Below, piece by piece: positions 1-9,380 of a DNA stretch of 64,000 nt; position 1 is the first letter of the stretch; each line of letters begins with the position of its first letter. The translations under genes were made by a program, and so were the position numbers. Source of the DNA: Acidobacteriota bacterium (GTDB lineage: Bacteria; Acidobacteriota; Thermoanaerobaculia; Gp7-AA8); contig JAFATB010000014.1 of the NCBI GenBank assembly GCA_019244185.1, forward strand, positions 1-64,000. Reading direction: 5' to 3'. The notes beneath the pieces were generated by a model. It had not been told where the DNA came from, made no database searches, and saw only the letters and a program-made list of their open reading frames with translations.

Positions 1-2810
1 GCACCCGGCTTCGGTAGCCCACTGCCCGCGGCGAGCAACGCTTTCCCGAGCGCTTCGCCCACGGCATCGCCGAGGCCCATCACTTCGCCCGTCGACTTCA
101 TCTCGGGGCCGAGATACGTATCGACGTGCGTCAACTTGTTCATCGAAAACACTGGCGCTTTGGCGGCGATCAACTCGCCTGCTGGCCAGAGGCCGCACTC
201 CTGCAGAGGCAGGCCCAGCGCAGCCGCGATCGCCAGGTCAACCATCGGCACCCCGGTCACCTTCGAGAGGAACGGCACGGTTCGGCTGCCGCGTGGATTG
301 ACCTCGATGACGTAGACGACACCCTCGAAGACGACGTACTGGATGTTGAACAGTCCGCGCACTCCGAGCGCACGGCCGAGCTCGGTGGTGTACCGAACGA
401 TCGTGTCGATCAGCTCCGGCGTGAGGGACTGCGCCGGATACAACGCGATGCTGTCGCCTGAGTGCACGCCAGCCCGTTCGACGTGCTCCATGATCCCTGG
501 AATAAGGACCCGGCTTCCGTCGCAGATGGCGTCCACCTCGATCTCGGCGCCCTCCAGGTACTTATCAACCAGCAGCGGCTTCTTGCCCGCAATTTCCTTT
601 GCCGTCGCGGCGAACTCCATGAGCTCGTCCGCCGTGCGGCACACCTCCATCGCGCGTCCCCCCAGCACGAAGGACGGTCGCACCAGTACGGGATAGCCGA
701 GCTGCTCGGCCAGGCTGACCGCGTCGGGTGCCGACTGCACGATCCCGCCCGGCGGCTGAGGAATGCCGAGCTGGTCCAGCAGCTCGCTGAAGCGATCACG
801 ATCCTCGGCGACGTCTATCGCGTGCAGATCGGATCCGAGCAACGTGTAGCCCGCGTGGACCAGTGGTTCGGCAAGGTTGATCGCCGTCTGCCCGCCAAAC
901 TGCGCCAGAACCAGCGGTGCCTGGCCGTCGAACGTTTCGTTTTCGAGAACGTCGCGAACGGATTCGTCATCCAGCGGTTCGAAATACAGGCGTGTGGAGG
1001 CATCGAAATCCGTGCTGACGGTCTCGGGGTTGGAGTTGATCATGATGCTGCTCACGTTCTGCTCGCGCAGAGCGTTCGCGGCCCGTACAGAGCAATAATC
1101 GAACTCGATGCCCTGGCCGATCCGGATTGGACCCGACCCGAGCACAACGACTTTGCGGCCGGGCAGTGCGGGCGCCTCGTTCTCCGCTTCGTACGTGCCG
1201 TAGAAGTACGGCGTAACGGCTTCGAACTCAGCCGCGCAGGTGTCGACCATCTTGTACGTCGTTCGGATGCCCCAGGCCTTCCGACGGTCGCGCACGCGCT
1301 CGGGCATGTCGTCGAGCAAGGTGCCGATCTGTTGGTCCGAAAAGCCGAGGCGCTTGGCGCGTCTGGCCAGCCCGGGCGTGAGGCTCGGCGCCTGGAGCAG
1401 CGAACGTTCGCAGTCGACGATGTTCTGGAGCTTGTGCAGGAAGAACGGGTCCATGCCGGACCAGTCGGCCAGCTTCTGCGGCGTGTGTCCACGTCGCAGG
1501 GCCGCCATCAGCGCCCAGAGACGTTGATCGTTCGGCTCGCGGATCATTCGCTCGAGATCGGCTGCCGTCCAGTTCGGGTCTTCCCACAGCAGGTCGCGGC
1601 TGCGCATCTCGAGCGACCGCACCGCTTTCTGCAGCGCAGCCTCGAAGCTGCGGTCGATCGCCATCGCCTCGCCTGTCGACTTCATCTGAGTGCCGAGTCG
1701 GCGGTCACCGTCAGGGAACTTGTCGAATGGCCAGCGCGGGATCTTGACCACCAGGTAGTCCAGCGCGGGCTCGAAGGCGGCGGTCGTGCGTTTGGTTACG
1801 GCGTTCGGGATCTCGTGCAGGCGCCGACCGACCGCGATCTTGGCCGTGACGCGCGCGATCGGGTACCCGGTGGCCTTGGACGCCAGGGCAGACGAGCGGC
1901 TGACGCGCGGATTGACCTCCACGACGGCGTAGTCGCGCGACTTCGGGTCGAGCGCAAACTGGACATTGCACCCGCCGATGACACCGAGCGCGCGAATGAT
2001 GCGCAATGCCGCCGACCGCAGCATCTGGTATTCCTGATCCGAGAGTGTCTGTGAGGGCGCGACGACGATCGAGTCGCCGGTGTGCACGCCCATCGGATCG
2101 AAGTTCTCGATCGAGCAGACGATGATCACGTTGTCGGCGCGGTCGCGCATCACCTCGAGCTCGAACTCTTTCCAGCCGATCACCGACTCTTCGACGAGCA
2201 CGCGATGCACGGGCGAGAGGTCGAGCCCGCGCGCCATGATCGTGCGCAGCTCTTCGACGTTGTACGCGATGCCGCCGCCCGAGCCGCCGAGCGTGAACGA
2301 TGGGCGAATGACGAGCGGATAGCCGATGCGCGCGGCGAACTGTTCCGCGTCCTCGATCGTCGCCGCGTACGCCGACTGCGGCACGTCGACGCCGATCGAC
2401 GTCATTTTCTCTTTGAAGAGCTGCCGGTCTTCCGCGGTCTTGATGGCGTCGTAGTTCGCGCCGATCAGTTCGACGCCGTGGCGTTCGAGCGCGCCGTTCT
2501 CATAGAGCGCAATGGCGAGGTTGATGCCGGTCTGGCCGCCGACGGTCGGCAGGATCGCGTCCGGCTTCTCGCGTTCGAGGATGCGCTCGAGCGTCGCGGG
2601 GGTGAGCGGCTCGATGTACGTGCGGTCCGCGAACTCCGGGTCCGTCATGATCGTGGCCGGGTTCGAGTTGACGAGGATGATGCGGTAGCCCTCGTCTTTC
2701 AGTGCCTTGCACGCCTGCGTTCCCGAATAGTCGAACTCCACCGCCTGACCGATGACGATGGGACCGGAACCGATGATGAGGATGGAGTGGAGATCGGTGC
2801 GTTTCGGCAC
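1..2810 (-). CDS. carB: Carbamoyl-phosphate synthase large subunit (runs off the window's left edge)
   Basis: Manual translation from GTG 2810 (alternative ATG 2819): [37 protein letters not shown]...[11 protein letters not shown]...[18 protein letters not shown]...[12 protein letters not shown]. The same frame holds at the positions checked down to 1. Absent from the ORF track because there is no stop in the window. Confidence 0.97.
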   Translation of the reverse strand, partial: MPKRTDLHSILIIGSGPIVIGQAVEFDYSGTQACKALKDEGYRIILVNSNPATIMTDPEFADRTYIEPLTPATLERILEREKPDAILPTVGGQTGINLAIALYENGALERHGVELIGANYDAIKTAEDRQLFKEKMTSIGVDVPQSAYAATIEDAEQFAARIGYPLVIRPSFTLGGSGGGIAYNVEELRTIMARGLDLSPVHRVLVEESVIGWKEFELEVMRDRADNVIIVCSIENFDPMGVHTGDSIVVAPSQTLSDQEYQMLRSAALRIIRALGVIGGCNVQFALDPKSRDYAVVEVNPRVSRSSALASKATGYPIARVTAKIAVGRRLHEIPNAVTKRTTAAFEPALDYLVVKIPRWPFDKFPDGDRRLGTQMKSTGEAMAIDRSFEAALQKAVRSLEMRSRDLLWEDPNWTAADLERMIREPNDQRLWALMAALRRGHTPQKLADWSGMDPFFLHKLQNIVDCERSLLQAPSLTPGLARRAKRLGFSDQQIGTLLDDMPERVRDRRKAWGIRTTYKMVDTCAAEFEAVTPYFYGTYEAENEAPALPGRKVVVLGSGPIRIGQGIEFDYCSVRAANALREQNVSSIMINSNPETVSTDFDASTRLYFEPLDDESVRDVLENETFDGQAPLVLAQFGGQTAINLAEPLVHAGYTLLGSDLHAIDVAEDRDRFSELLDQLGIPQPPGGIVQSAPDAVSLAEQLGYPVLVRPSFVLGGRAMEVCRTADELMEFAATAKEIAGKKPLLVDKYLEGAEIEVDAICDGSRVLIPGIMEHVERAGVHSGDSIALYPAQSLTPELIDTIVRYTTELGRALGVRGLFNIQYVVFEGVVYVIEVNPRGSRTVPFLSKVTGVPMVDLAIAAALGLPLQECGLWPAGELIAAKAPVFSMNKLTHVDTYLGPEMKSTGEVMGLGDAVGEALGKALLAAGSGLPKPG

Positions 2811-2830
2811 TGCCGGCATAGTATACGGAC

Positions 2831-3325
2831 GTGCCTCGCTTCCTCGAATGGGATTCGATCGACGTGCGCGTCGACGGCGCGAAACTCTCCGCCATGGCGC
2901 GGGAGATGACGGTGTCGGAGCCGATGCTCGAGCGCCTCGAGCTCACGTTCGCGAACGGCCTGCTGCGCGTCGACGGCAGCATCCGCAAGTTCATCAGCAT
3001 CCCGTTCCGCGTCGACATCACGCGGATCGAGGCGAGCGGCACCACGGTGCGCGTGCCGCTCGCGCGCATTTCCGCGGGGCCGATTCCGATCCCCGCGTTC
3101 CTCATCGGACTCGTGCGCGACCGGCTGCCGAAAGGCGTCGCCACATTCGAAGATCCCGCCACGCTCGTCGTTTCGCTGGAGCGATTTTTGCCACCGTTCG
3201 TCTCCGCCGACATCCAGAAGATCTGGATCATCGACGGCGGCCTCGCCGTCACCCTCGGCCGAGGCGGCGCCGACATTCCACACGGAGGTTTCAATGGCAA
3301 CGAACCGCGACACGACGGCGGGTGA
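2831..3325 (+). CDS. Hypothetical protein (164 aa, beta-rich)
   Basis: ORF with genome-typical codons and plausible globular composition. Divergent from carB, with TAGTAT 6 nt before the GTG. Confidence 0.7.
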   Translation: MPRFLEWDSIDVRVDGAKLSAMAREMTVSEPMLERLELTFANGLLRVDGSIRKFISIPFRVDITRIEASGTTVRVPLARISAGPIPIPAFLIGLVRDRLPKGVATFEDPATLVVSLERFLPPFVSADIQKIWIIDGGLAVTLGRGGADIPHGGFNGNEPRHDGG

Positions 3326-3827
3326 AACGCCGGACGACGACTTCGACACGATGATGAGCGACAGCAGCGAGGCGCACGGCGGCATGTCGCAGGACCGCGC
3401 CGAGCGCTACTACGATCGCGTGCGCACCGCCATCCGCCGCTATCTCGAGAAGAAAGGCGACGTCGCCGCGAAGACCGGCGAGTACCTGCTGCTCGTCCCC
3501 GACATCTTCATGCTGCTGTGGCGTCTCGTGAACGACGCCCGCGTGAGCGCGAAGAACAAAGTGCTCCTCGGCAGCGGCATCGCCTACTTCGTCTTTCCGC
3601 TCGACCTGATGCCCGAGGCGCTCCTGGGCGGCATCGGCTACGCCGACGATCTCGTCTTCGCCGTCTATCTCCTGCAGAAGATGCTCGGCGATACGGACCC
3701 CGAGGTGCTGCGCCAGCACTGGAGCGGCAGCGAGGACATCCTCGCCACCATCCAGAAGGTGCTCGGCGCGGCGGACCAGCTGATCGGGAAGGACATTTTC
3801 GGGAAAGTCAAAAGCGCAATGAAGTGA
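3294..3827 (+). CDS. DUF1232/YkvA-family membrane protein
   Basis: Motif KVLLGSGIAYFVFPLDLMPEALLGGIGYADD is typical of DUF1232; GGAGG RBS upstream. Confidence 0.85.
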   Translation: MATNRDTTAGETPDDDFDTMMSDSSEAHGGMSQDRAERYYDRVRTAIRRYLEKKGDVAAKTGEYLLLVPDIFMLLWRLVNDARVSAKNKVLLGSGIAYFVFPLDLMPEALLGGIGYADDLVFAVYLLQKMLGDTDPEVLRQHWSGSEDILATIQKVLGAADQLIGKDIFGKVKSAMK

Positions 3828-3851
3828 CGAAACGCTACGTGCGGCAGAGTC

Positions 3852-3883
3852 GCGGCGGCCTCGACAGTGCCGCCGCTTTTTTT
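3852..3883 (+). terminator. Intrinsic terminator
   Basis: GCGGCGGC-9 nt-GCCGCCGC followed by T7. Confidence 0.8.
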
Positions 3884-3892
3884 ATTCAGCTC

Positions 3893-3926
3893 GTGGAAAT
3901 TTGTGGACAGCAGTGGGTGATGGTGG
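3893..3926 (+). promoter_or_regulatory. Putative MraZ operator (4 x GTGG at 10-bp spacing)
   Basis: GTGG at 3893, 3903, 3913 and 3923 directly upstream of mraZ. Matches the phased GTGG/TGGG repeats known as MraZ binding sites. Confidence 0.8.
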
Positions 3927-3980
3927 TAAAAACAGGCATCTCTTAAGCGGATTTGACCCGGTTTCAAGGCTCTACCGATC

Positions 3981-4433
3981 GTGGAACTGAACGTACTCAT
4001 GGGGCACAGCCCCGCGAAGATCGACGAGAAGGGGCGCCTCAAAGTCCCGGCGAATTTCCGCAAGATCATTGAAGAGCGTTACGGCAACGACTGCTTCATC
4101 ACCTCGATGGACGGCGAGCGCGCCCTCGTATATCCGCTCGCGGTCTGGTTCGAGTTCCAGTCGCGCCTGGCGAAGGTGCCGTCGGCCTCGCAGGCGAAGG
4201 CGAAGATGCTGGAGCGGGTGAACTACTTCGGGCAGGTCGCCACGATGGACGCGCAGGGACGCGTGCTCGTGCCGCAGGTCCTGCGCGACGTGGCCGGCAT
4301 CGCCGACGACGTGGTCGTCCTCGGCAGTCAGGACCATCTCATCGTCGAAAACGATCAGAAGATGCAGCAGCGGCTGAAGGACACGCCGCTGACCGCGGAA
4401 GACTTCAAGGAGCTGGAGCTCCACGGTGTGTAG
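3981..4433 (+). CDS. mraZ: Division/cell-wall cluster transcriptional repressor MraZ
   Basis: Two SpoVT/AbrB-type motifs (KIDEKGRLKVP, TMDAQGRVLVP); first gene of the dcw cluster. Confidence 0.93.
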   Translation: MELNVLMGHSPAKIDEKGRLKVPANFRKIIEERYGNDCFITSMDGERALVYPLAVWFEFQSRLAKVPSASQAKAKMLERVNYFGQVATMDAQGRVLVPQVLRDVAGIADDVVVLGSQDHLIVENDQKMQQRLKDTPLTAEDFKELELHGV

Positions 4434-4454
4434 GTTGCTGCTGATTCAGCAGCC

Positions 4455-5375
4455 ATGAAACACGACCCTGTTCTTTTAGAACCTGTTCTCGAGTACCTCG
4501 AGCCGAGCCGTAACGACGGAACCATCGTCGATGCGACCGTCGGTCTCGGCGGACATACGGAAGCGCTGCTGGAGCGCCATCCGGACGTCCGGCTGATCGG
4601 GATCGATCGCGACCCCGAGGCACTCGAACGATCGCGGGAGCGGCTGAGCCGTTTCGGCGATCGCGTGACGCTCGTTCGCGGACGTCACGAATCGCTCATT
4701 GACATCCTGAAGCAGTCCGGCACGCCGCAGATCAGCGGCCTGCTCGCCGACCTCGGCGTCTCGTCGATGCAACTCGACGACGCATCGCGCGGATTCTCGT
4801 TCCGCTCCGATGCGCCGCTCGACATGCGCATGGGCTCCGACGGAAGGACGGCGGCGGATCTCGTCAACGCGATGGATGAGCGCGAGCTCGCGAATGTCCT
4901 TCGCGACTTTGGCGAGGAGCCGATGGCGCGGCGGATCGCGCGGGCGATCGTCGAGGCGCGCGGTACGGCGCCGATCGAGACGACCGCGCGGCTCGCGGAA
5001 GTCATTCGCAGCGTGAAACGCGCACGGCCGCACGAGATCGATCCGTCGACGCTGACGTTCCAGGCGCTGCGCATCGCGACGAACGAGGAACTGGTCGGAC
5101 TCGACCGCTTCGTCGACGACGCGGTGAGCGCGCTGGAGTCGAAGGCGCGCGTCGCGATCATCTCGTTCCACTCGCTCGAGGATCGCATCGTCAAGCGCGC
5201 GTTCCGGCGGCTGGAAGGGGAGTGCACCTGTCCGCCGAACATGCCGGTGTGCGGGTGCGGCGCGAAGGCGATCGTCAAGACGTTGACCAGACATCCGGTC
5301 ACTGCTTCAGAAGAGGAGATCCAAAGGAATCCGCGGTCGCGCAGCGCGAAGCTGCGGGTGGCGGAGAAGTTGTGA
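4455..5375 (+). CDS. rsmH: 16S rRNA (cytosine1402-N4)-methyltransferase
   Basis: HDPVLL, DATVGLGGH, DLGVSSMQLD...RGFSF, FHSLEDRIVK, NPRSRSAKLR. Confidence 0.98.
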   Translation: MKHDPVLLEPVLEYLEPSRNDGTIVDATVGLGGHTEALLERHPDVRLIGIDRDPEALERSRERLSRFGDRVTLVRGRHESLIDILKQSGTPQISGLLADLGVSSMQLDDASRGFSFRSDAPLDMRMGSDGRTAADLVNAMDERELANVLRDFGEEPMARRIARAIVEARGTAPIETTARLAEVIRSVKRARPHEIDPSTLTFQALRIATNEELVGLDRFVDDAVSALESKARVAIISFHSLEDRIVKRAFRRLEGECTCPPNMPVCGCGAKAIVKTLTRHPVTASEEEIQRNPRSRSAKLRVAEKL

Positions 5376-5605
5376 AGTGCTGCAGTGCCTCGCTCGAAGT
5401 CGTCGAGCAAGGGTGAAGGTTGGGGAAGGGTTGGGCGTGTGTGCGGTGTGGGGAGCTCGGGAGGGGTGGAGCGTGGAGCGTGGGTGTGCGTGGATGGCTC
5501 GTCGCGCCGTGCTTGTAGGCAGATCTTCACCCTTGTTTGACGATTTCGCATCCGCCGATCTGGCGACTGACGATCTCGCGTCTCACGTTTTCGCGGCTCC
5601 CGGTC

Positions 5606-5980
5606 ATGTACACGCAAAAGAAACCGATCGACAACACCCACATCGTCCGCGAGCGCGATCGCAAGCGCGTTCGTGAGCTGCTCGCGGTCCTCTCGCTGGG
5701 CATCCCGATCGGTCTCTTCCTCCTGCTCTTCACCTGGCAGAACCTCGAGGTGATCCGTCTCGGCCACGAGGCCACGCGCCTGCAGAAGGATCTGAAGGAC
5801 GTCGAGGCCGCGCACAAGTCGCTGCAGCTCGAGCTCGATCGCCTGACGTCGTTCGACGCCGTCGAGCAGCAGGCCTCCGCGCTCGGCTTCGCCGCCACGG
5901 ACGCGAAAGCGGTGGTGCTGGTCAGCCGCGACGCGACGCGGACTCCCGCGCCGGCAGCGGCGCCGCCCGGAGTCCGCTGA
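5606..5980 (+). CDS. ftsL: Cell division protein FtsL (start probably ATG 5606; ORF open from 5537)
   Basis: Single TM followed by a coiled coil; lies between rsmH and ftsI. Confidence 0.8.
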   Translation: MYTQKKPIDNTHIVRERDRKRVRELLAVLSLGIPIGLFLLLFTWQNLEVIRLGHEATRLQKDLKDVEAAHKSLQLELDRLTSFDAVEQQASALGFAATDAKAVVLVSRDATRTPAPAAAPPGVR

Positions 5981-7923
5981 TGGCGACCTCGCAGCGCCGT
6001 CTCCTGCAGATCTTCGCGCTCCTCGCCGCGTGGGCGGTGGTGGTCGTCGGACGGCTCGTGCAGGTTCAGCTCGTGAAGCACGACGACTACGTCGCGCGCG
6101 CGAAGGCGCAGCAGGAGCGGACGCTCGCGCTCAATCCGGTGCGCGGCTCGATCCTCGATGCGCGCGGCCGCGTGTTCGCCGAGAGCGTCGCCGCCGAGTC
6201 GATCTACGCCGATCCGCAGGCGGTCGGCGACAAGCGCGACGCGGCGAAGAAGCTCGCCGCCGTCGACGGCCTCGGTCTCACCGCGCGCGAGGTCGAGGTG
6301 AAGCTCCGCTCCGGCGGCAGCTTCGCGTGGATCGCGCGGCAGCTGCCGCTCGACGTCACCGCGCGCGTACGCAAGCTCGCCATTCCGGGCATCTACTTCC
6401 TCGAGGCGCACCGGCGCTCGTATCCGCGCGGTCCGCTCGGCGCGAGCGTCGTCGGCTACGCGGGACTCGACGGCGACGGGCTCGCCGGCATCGAGCATTC
6501 GTTCGACGCGTACGTGCGCGGCACGCCCGGCAAGGTCACGCTGCTCAAGGACGCGCGCAAGGGGATGTACCTCGTCGGCGGCGACGGCGCGAACCGGCCG
6601 CGCGATGGCCAACATGTTGTCCTCACCATCGACTCGGTCGTGCAGTTCATCGCCGAACGCGCGCTGGAGAAGAGCATCCGCCAGTACCGCGCGTCGGGCG
6701 GCTCCGCGATCGTGATGGACCCGAACGACGGGGCGATCCTGGCGATGGCGTCGTGGCCGCCGTTCGATCCGAATCATTTCGCCGATGCGCCGCGCAACGC
6801 GTGGCACAACCGCAACGTGCAGGACCTGTACGAGCCGGGATCGACGTTCAAGATCATCACCGCGTCGGCGGGACTCGAGGAGCGCATCGTCACGCCGTCG
6901 CAGATCCTCGACTGCGGCAACGGCTCGATCACGATCGGCAACGTCACCATCCACGAGCACGACGGCAATCGCTACGGCCTGCTGTCGTTCGAAGACGTGA
7001 TCGTCAACTCCTCGAACGTCGGCACCGCGCACGTCGGCCTCGAGCTCGGCCGCGACCGCTTCTATCAATGGATCCGCCGCTTCGGCTTCGGCCAGCGCAC
7101 CGGCATTCCGCTGCCGGGCGAGGCGAGCGGCATCCTGCGCGGCACCGACAAGTGGACGCCGGTGTCGAACGCGAGCATCGCCATCGGCCAGGAGATCGGC
7201 GTCACGCCGCTGCAGATCGTGCGCGCCGCCGCGGCGGTCGCCACCGGCGGCCTGCTCGTCGAGCCGCGCATCGTCGAGCGCGTCGTCGATGACTCCGGCA
7301 AGACCGTCTACGAGCCGCCGCGCCACGCGCCGGTGCGCGTGATGTCGGAGAAGACGGCGGCCGTGCTCAACGAGATCCTCAAGAACGTCGTCACGCGCGG
7401 CACCGGCAAGCTCGCCGCGCTCGCGGAGCACGTCGCGGCCGGCAAGACCGGCACGGCGCAGAAGTTCGTGCACGGCACGTATGCGAACGATCGCTACGTC
7501 GGATCGTTCGTCGGATATGTCCCCGCCGACCGGCCGCGGCTGGCGATTCTCGTCGTCGTCGACGAACCGCGCGGCGGCGTTTACTACGGCGGCACCGTGG
7601 CCGCGCCGGCGTTCCGCGAGATCGCCGAAGGCACGCTCCGCTACCTCGGCGTCGCGCCTTCGATTCCGGCGCGTTCGATCGAGTTGCAACCGCCGTTGCT
7701 GGCCGCGTTTTCGCAACATCCGGCGGCGGCATCCGCGACCTCCGGCGTTCCCGATCTGCGCGGTCTCGACGCGCGCGCGGCGATCGCCCGGGCGGTTGCG
7801 AGCGGACTGACGGTCCGGGCCATCGGAAGCGGCGTGGTGACATCACAACAACCGGAGCCGGGCGGAGCCTTGCCGGGGGATCGGCGGCTGACGCTCATGT
7901 TGTCGGCGGAGAGCGGCGCATGA
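5980..7923 (+). CDS. ftsI: Peptidoglycan D,D-transpeptidase FtsI/PBP3 with C-terminal PASTA-like domain
   Basis: RGSILDARG, YEPGSTFK (SxxK), SSNVG (SxN), GKTGTAQ (KTG); C-terminal VPDLRGLDAR...GSGVVTSQQP. Confidence 0.96.
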   Translation: MATSQRRLLQIFALLAAWAVVVVGRLVQVQLVKHDDYVARAKAQQERTLALNPVRGSILDARGRVFAESVAAESIYADPQAVGDKRDAAKKLAAVDGLGLTAREVEVKLRSGGSFAWIARQLPLDVTARVRKLAIPGIYFLEAHRRSYPRGPLGASVVGYAGLDGDGLAGIEHSFDAYVRGTPGKVTLLKDARKGMYLVGGDGANRPRDGQHVVLTIDSVVQFIAERALEKSIRQYRASGGSAIVMDPNDGAILAMASWPPFDPNHFADAPRNAWHNRNVQDLYEPGSTFKIITASAGLEERIVTPSQILDCGNGSITIGNVTIHEHDGNRYGLLSFEDVIVNSSNVGTAHVGLELGRDRFYQWIRRFGFGQRTGIPLPGEASGILRGTDKWTPVSNASIAIGQEIGVTPLQIVRAAAAVATGGLLVEPRIVERVVDDSGKTVYEPPRHAPVRVMSEKTAAVLNEILKNVVTRGTGKLAALAEHVAAGKTGTAQKFVHGTYANDRYVGSFVGYVPADRPRLAILVVVDEPRGGVYYGGTVAAPAFREIAEGTLRYLGVAPSIPARSIELQPPLLAAFSQHPAAASATSGVPDLRGLDARAAIARAVASGLTVRAIGSGVVTSQQPEPGGALPGDRRLTLMLSAESGA

Positions 7924-9380
7924 AGCTGGCCGAGCTCCTCCGCGACGCACCCGTGCGCGCGGCGCAAGGCGCGCTCGACGTCGACATCACGTCGGTGACG
8001 CCCGACTCGCGTCTCGTGCGCGACGGCGCGCTCTTCGTCGCCATTCCCGGCACGGCGAAAGACGGCACCGCGTTCATCCCGCAGGCGATCGAGAAAGGCG
8101 CCGCCGCAATCGTGGCGACGGACGCGGTCGACGACCGCGCGAAAGCGACGATCGTCGTCGACGATCCGCGCGCCGCCCTCGCGCTGCTCGCCGCGAACTT
8201 CTACGGCCGTCCCGCGGAGAAGCTCTCGCTCGTCGGCATCACCGGCACGTCGGGCAAGACCACGTCTTCGCGCATGGTCGAGTCGATCTTCGACGCCGGC
8301 TCGGAACCGGTCGGCCTCATCGGAACGATCGAATACCGCGCGGGCGACGAGCGTCTCGTCGCCGACCGCACGACGCCGGACGCCGTCGTGCTGCAGGAAT
8401 GGTTCGCGAAGATGGTCGACGCCGGCGTCCATCACGCCGTGATGGAAGTGTCGTCGCACGCGCTCGCGCTCAAGCGCACGTACGGCATCCACTTCGCCGC
8501 GGCGGTCTTCACGAATCTCTCGCGCGAGCACTTCGACTTTCACAAAGACTTCGAGGACTACTTCGCCGCGAAGAAGATCCTCTTCACGCAGATCGACCGC
8601 TCGCGGCAGACCGCGGTCGTAAACATCGACGACGAGTACGGCCGCCGGCTCGCGAATGAGCTCGGCCCCGTGGCGATGACGTTCGGCCGCAACGCGGACG
8701 CGGACCTCCATCCCGCCGACGGCTTCGTGATCTCCGTCGACGGTCTGCACGGCACCGTCGTCACGCCGCGCGGCGACATCCGCATCGCGTCGCGGCTCCT
8801 CGGATTACCGAACCTCTACAACTGGCTCGGCGCGATCGGCGCGGCGCTCATCGTCGGCATTCCGGTCGAAACGATCGAAGCAGGCATTCGCAACCTCACA
8901 TCCGTGCGCGGCCGCTTCGAGCGCGTCGCCGCGGAGAACGGGCCGACCGTCATCGTCGACTACGCGCACAAGCCGGACGCGCTCGAGAAACTGCTGCACG
9001 CCGTGCGCGAGATCGCCGGCACGCGCCGCGTCTCGCTCGTCTTCGGTTGCGGCGGCGACCGCGATCGCGGCAAGCGCCCGGAGATGGGCGCGATCGCCGC
9101 GCGCCTCGCCGACAACATCATCGTCACCAGCGACAACCCGCGCAGCGAAGAGCCGCGCGCCATCATCGAGGAAATCACCAAAGGAATCGCGGGCAAGGAG
9201 TACCTCGCCATCGCCGACCGCCGCGAGGCGATCGCGAAGACCATCGCCGAGGCGCTGCCGGATGACGTCATCGTCATCGCCGGGAAGGGTCACGAGACGT
9301 ATCAGGTCGTCGGCGATCAGGTCATCCATTTCGATGACCGCGAGGAAGCCGAGCTCGCGCTGAAAAAGAGACACGCATGA
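7920..9380 (+). CDS. murE: UDP-MurNAc-tripeptide synthetase MurE (meso-DAP type)
   Basis: GITGTSGKTT, MEVSSH, DYAHKPDAL, GCGGDRD, DNPR motif. Confidence 0.97.
   Translation: MKLAELLRDAPVRAAQGALDVDITSVTPDSRLVRDGALFVAIPGTAKDGTAFIPQAIEKGAAAIVATDAVDDRAKATIVVDDPRAALALLAANFYGRPAEKLSLVGITGTSGKTTSSRMVESIFDAGSEPVGLIGTIEYRAGDERLVADRTTPDAVVLQEWFAKMVDAGVHHAVMEVSSHALALKRTYGIHFAAAVFTNLSREHFDFHKDFEDYFAAKKILFTQIDRSRQTAVVNIDDEYGRRLANELGPVAMTFGRNADADLHPADGFVISVDGLHGTVVTPRGDIRIASRLLGLPNLYNWLGAIGAALIVGIPVETIEAGIRNLTSVRGRFERVAAENGPTVIVDYAHKPDALEKLLHAVREIAGTRRVSLVFGCGGDRDRGKRPEMGAIAARLADNIIVTSDNPRSEEPRAIIEEITKGIAGKEYLAIADRREAIAKTIAEALPDDVIVIAGKGHETYQVVGDQVIHFDDREEAELALKKRHA

Noticed and set aside
462-2909. Long + strand ORFs (530 aa, 275 aa)
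   Set aside because: Antisense shadows of carB caused by high-GC codon bias; no recognisable protein motifs.
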